Shown: positions 61,364 to 64,000 of the stretch, piece after piece
Position numbering within the stretch: the first letter of the stretch is position 1
Layout: each line of letters starts with the position of its first letter
Assembly (NCBI GenBank): GCA_963786615.1
Contig: CAWAZT010000023.1
Span: forward strand, 184,118-248,117
Direction of reading: 5' to 3'
Source of the DNA: an uncultured Acidobacteriota bacterium
GTDB lineage: Bacteria; Acidobacteriota; Vicinamibacteria; Vicinamibacterales; 2-12-FULL-66-21
DNA length: 64,000 bases
Notes under the pieces: model-generated
Database searches by the model: none
Seen by the model: the letters and a program-made list of their open reading frames with translations, nothing else
What the model was told of the DNA's origin: nothing
Made by a program: the position numbers and the translations under genes

Positions 61364-64000
61364 ATGACGAGGACCTACCGAGTAGGCCTCCGCGTTCTTG
61401 CCGCAAGTCTCTGCTTGAGCGTCTGCTCGAGCACTCCCCTCTTTGCACAGCGTGCCGACCGGGCCGTCATCAGCGGCGTCGTCACCGACGCGCAGGGCGG
61501 CGCGTTGCCCGGCGCGACCGTCACGATCCACAACGAAGCGACCGGCGTCGACACCGTCATCGTGACGAACAGCGCCGGCGCGTACACGAGTCCGCCGCTG
61601 GTCCTCGGCCAGTATTCGGTCACCGTGGACATGCAGGGATTCAAGAAAGCCGTCACGAGCGGGATTCTGCTCCAAGGCGGCGAGGCGATCCGCAACGACG
61701 TCTCCATGCAGGTCGGCGGGCTCCAGGAAACCGTGCAGGTCGAGGGACGCAGCGGCATCGACGTCACCACCCCCGACGTCGCCCACACGGTCAACGAAGA
61801 GTACTACCGGGCGCTGCCGATCGTGACCGCCGCAGACGTGCGGCTCGCGGAGGCCGTCCTGCTGATCCAGCCCGGCTATCTCCCCATGCGTCCGAACGGC
61901 GACCCGATGTTCCGCGGCAGCCAATTCAACTCGCGGATCAACGGCGGTCAGACGATGGCGACCGAGAACTTCTTCGACGGCGCAGCGTTCGGCTACGCCG
62001 TCGGACATCAGCAGAGCCACGAGAGCACGCCGCCCGTGGAAGCCGTCCAGGAAGTGAAGGTCATTTCGACGTCGTATTCGGCCCAGTACGGTCACACCAG
62101 CGGCGGCTTCATCGAGTACACCGGCAAGTCCGGCACGAACTCGTACCGCGGCAGCGTGTACGACTACGTTGCCAACGACAAGTTCAACTCGACCGGGTTC
62201 TTCGCGAAGCAAGCGGGGACCGGACCGTCGCCCCTGAGCAACAACAACTTCGGCGCCACGTTCGGCGGTCCGGTCAAGCTGTTCAAGTACGACGGGCACA
62301 ACAAGACGTTCTTCTTCGTCAACTACGACTACACGCGGCTGCGGTCCGGCGTGCTGCCGGGCTTCGGCAACACGACGCCCATCGACGCGTTCAAGAACTG
62401 GAGATTTCAGCGCGCTGCTGACGGGCAATCAGATCGCAACTCGACGTGCTGGGGCGCCCGATTTTCGCGGGGCAGATCTTCAACCCTGCCATCGACGCAT
62501 CTGGTCAACGGCATCCCGGTCCGCGATCCCTATCCGGGCAACGTCATCCCGGCCAACGACCCGATGCGGAGTCTGATGGCGTCGCGGGTCGTTCCCTTGA
62601 TGGTGCACCCGGATCGCAACCAAATCTCCAACAACGTGGCCGGCAATCCCGCCGGCGACCAGACGTGGGAGCTCAACGCGCGGAACATCATGGCGCGCGT
62701 CGACCACAACTTCAGCAAGGGCTTCAGGGGAAGCACGAGCTTCTACTGGAACCACCGTCCGTCGGTCCGCAACTGCGGCGAGGTCGCCGGCTGCACCGTG
62801 CCGAACAATCCTGAAACGGAGCCGCAGAAGAACACCGACTATTACGGCGACGGGTTCTTCCAGCGGATTTCCACGCAGCACCTCCATCAGCAGTTCGACT
62901 GGATCGTCAGGGACAACCTGCTCAATCACTCGACCGTCGCGTACGACCGGTGGTTCATGGGCGGGAACAACCTGGCGGCCGGCGCGCAGTGGCCACAGCG
63001 TCTCTGGGCCGGCACGTCCGCTCCGACAGGGGGCATTCTCGACACGACCGGGGGCCCTCCACTTCTGAGCTTCGACGGCAACATTCCCTACAACCAGCTT
63101 GGGCAGTACGGCTGGCCCGGCTTCGGGTTCCTGGTGAACAACCGCTGGCAGTTCTCGGACGACCTGACGTGGGTGAAGGGCCGGCACACGCTCAAGAGCG
63201 GATTCGAGTTCCGCTACCACGACTTCCCGTTCCGCGGGTGGGCCGTGGGATCGGTGGCTGGGGAGTTCCATTTCAATCGTGTCGGCACGGCTGGATTCGA
63301 CGCCAACGGCAACAACCTGGCGCCGACCGGCGATCCGTTCGCGTCATTCCTGCTCGGCCAGGTTCAGAGCGCGAACCAGACGATCCCGGTCGAGCCGACG
63401 TTTCGAGAGACGTACACGGGAGCGTGGATCAACGACGAGTTCAAGGTGTCGGACAAGCTGACGCTGACGCTCGGTCTCCGCTTCGACTACCAGTCGGCCC
63501 GGACCGAGGTCAACAATCAATACTCGACGTTCGACGCGACCACGCCAAATCCCGGCGCCGGCAATATTCCGGGCGCGATCATCTTCGCGGGCGACGGTCC
63601 GGGACTGGCCGGGACGCGGACGTTCGAGAACCCGCCGAAGGACGCGTGGGGGCCGCGCATCGGGGCCGCCTATCGCATCAACGACCGGAGCGCGCTCCGC
63701 GGCGGCTACGGTATCTACTACGCGCACGTCGCGTTCGATCAGTTCGTCGGGCAGCCGACCCTCGGATTCCAGGATAACGCGCTGGCGGCGAACACCACGA
63801 ACGGCATCCAGCCGGCGTTTCTTCTCGATCAGGGCTTCCCGGCGAGCGCGATTCAACAGCCGCCGTTCATCGACCCGACGATCGGCCTGGGGACGGCGCC
63901 CATTGCGGTGGCGAAAGATGGACTGACGCTGCCGCGGTTCCAGAACTGGTCCATCACGTACGAGCGCGAATTGACCAGCAACATGATGGTGGACGTGTCG
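61364..64000 (+). CDS. TonB-dependent receptor with N-terminal CarboxypepD_reg domain (3' end outside window); three compensating frameshifts at about 62397-62495
   Basis: Not in the ORF track because it has no stop in the window. MTRTYRVGLRVLAASLCLSVCSSTPLFAQRADRAVISGVVTDAQGGALPGATVTIHNEATGV...YSVTVDMQGFKK.., plug-like ..FRGSQFNSRINGGQTMATENFFDG.., barrel ..WVKGRHTLKSGFEFRYH.... Confidence 0.85.
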   Translation, partial: MTRTYRVGLRVLAASLCLSVCSSTPLFAQRADRAVISGVVTDAQGGALPGATVTIHNEATGVDTVIVTNSAGAYTSPPLVLGQYSVTVDMQGFKKAVTSGILLQGGEAIRNDVSMQVGGLQETVQVEGRSGIDVTTPDVAHTVNEEYYRALPIVTAADVRLAEAVLLIQPGYLPMRPNGDPMFRGSQFNSRINGGQTMATENFFDGAAFGYAVGHQQSHESTPPVEAVQEVKVISTSYSAQYGHTSGGFIEYTGKSGTNSYRGSVYDYVANDKFNSTGFFAKQAGTGPSPLSNNNFGATFGGPVKLFKYDGHNKTFFFVNYDYTRLRSGVLPGFGNTTPIDAFKNWRFQRAADGQSDRNSTCWGARFSRGRSSTLPSTHLVNGIPVRDPYPGNVIPANDPMRSLMASRVVPLMVHPDRNQISNNVAGNPAGDQTWELNARNIMARVDHNFSKGFRGSTSFYWNHRPSVRNCGEVAGCTVPNNPETEPQKNTDYYGDGFFQRISTQHLHQQFDWIVRDNLLNHSTVAYDRWFMGGNNLAAGAQWPQRLWAGTSAPTGGILDTTGGPPLLSFDGNIPYNQLGQYGWPGFGFLVNNRWQFSDDLTWVKGRHTLKSGFEFRYHDFPFRGWAVGSVAGEFHFNRVGTAGFDANGNNLAPTGDPFASFLLGQVQSANQTIPVEPTFRETYTGAWINDEFKVSDKLTLTLGLRFDYQSARTEVNNQYSTFDATTPNPGAGNIPGAIIFAGDGPGLAGTRTFENPPKDAWGPRIGAAYRINDRSALRGGYGIYYAHVAFDQFVGQPTLGFQDNALAANTTNGIQPAFLLDQGFPASAIQQPPFIDPTIGLGTAPIAVAKDGLTLPRFQNWSITYERELTSNMMVDVS

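Overview
GC-rich bacterial chromosomal window (G+C judged by eye, not computed). The gene content points to Acidobacteriota by inference: an ADOP-type duplicated MacB/FtsX permease, a VWFA-related acidobacterial-type protein, a PEP-CTERM protein, and CarboxypepD_reg-type TonB-dependent receptors. I can support about 60 protein genes. They cover transport (MFS, APC permease, ABC-2 exporter with TetR, VIT1, ADOP), central and secondary metabolism (pyruvate kinase, Zn-ADH, quinone oxidoreductase, amidase, GGT, an M16 peptidase pair, GH51 arabinofuranosidase, NamZ/DUF1343, LOG) and stress genes (ArsR-AHSA1-DinB cluster, VOC, ABM). There are also two DNA-repair modules: addB-addA with flanking genes, and a ligC / prim-polC-like pair. 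I saw no rRNA, tRNA or CRISPR array. The only mobile-element trace is a decayed island at about 5.4-8.0 kb. It holds an IS481-type transposase core fragment abutting a frameshifted P-loop kinase with an RHH partner, plus a MITE/REP-like repeat cluster. The dominant technical feature is that about half of the genes are split by single-base frameshifts (roughly 55-60 by my count) while the encoded peptides remain family-like. This looks like insertion-biased assembly error, though real pseudogenisation cannot be excluded from sequence alone. As a result several long ORFs in the supplied track are chimeras. The largest gene at the right edge (TonB-dependent receptor, 61364->64000) is missing from the track because it has no stop in the window. 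Other observations are two dispersed short-repeat families, promoter/operator palindromes for the TetR and ArsR operons, a motif shared upstream of the GH51 and TonB-receptor genes, an in-frame 21-nt tandem duplication just before the GGT catalytic Thr, and a six-fold BACON-like repeat lipoprotein. I found no convincing complete novel multi-gene system. The best candidates for follow-up are the RHH/kinase cassette and the repeat families.
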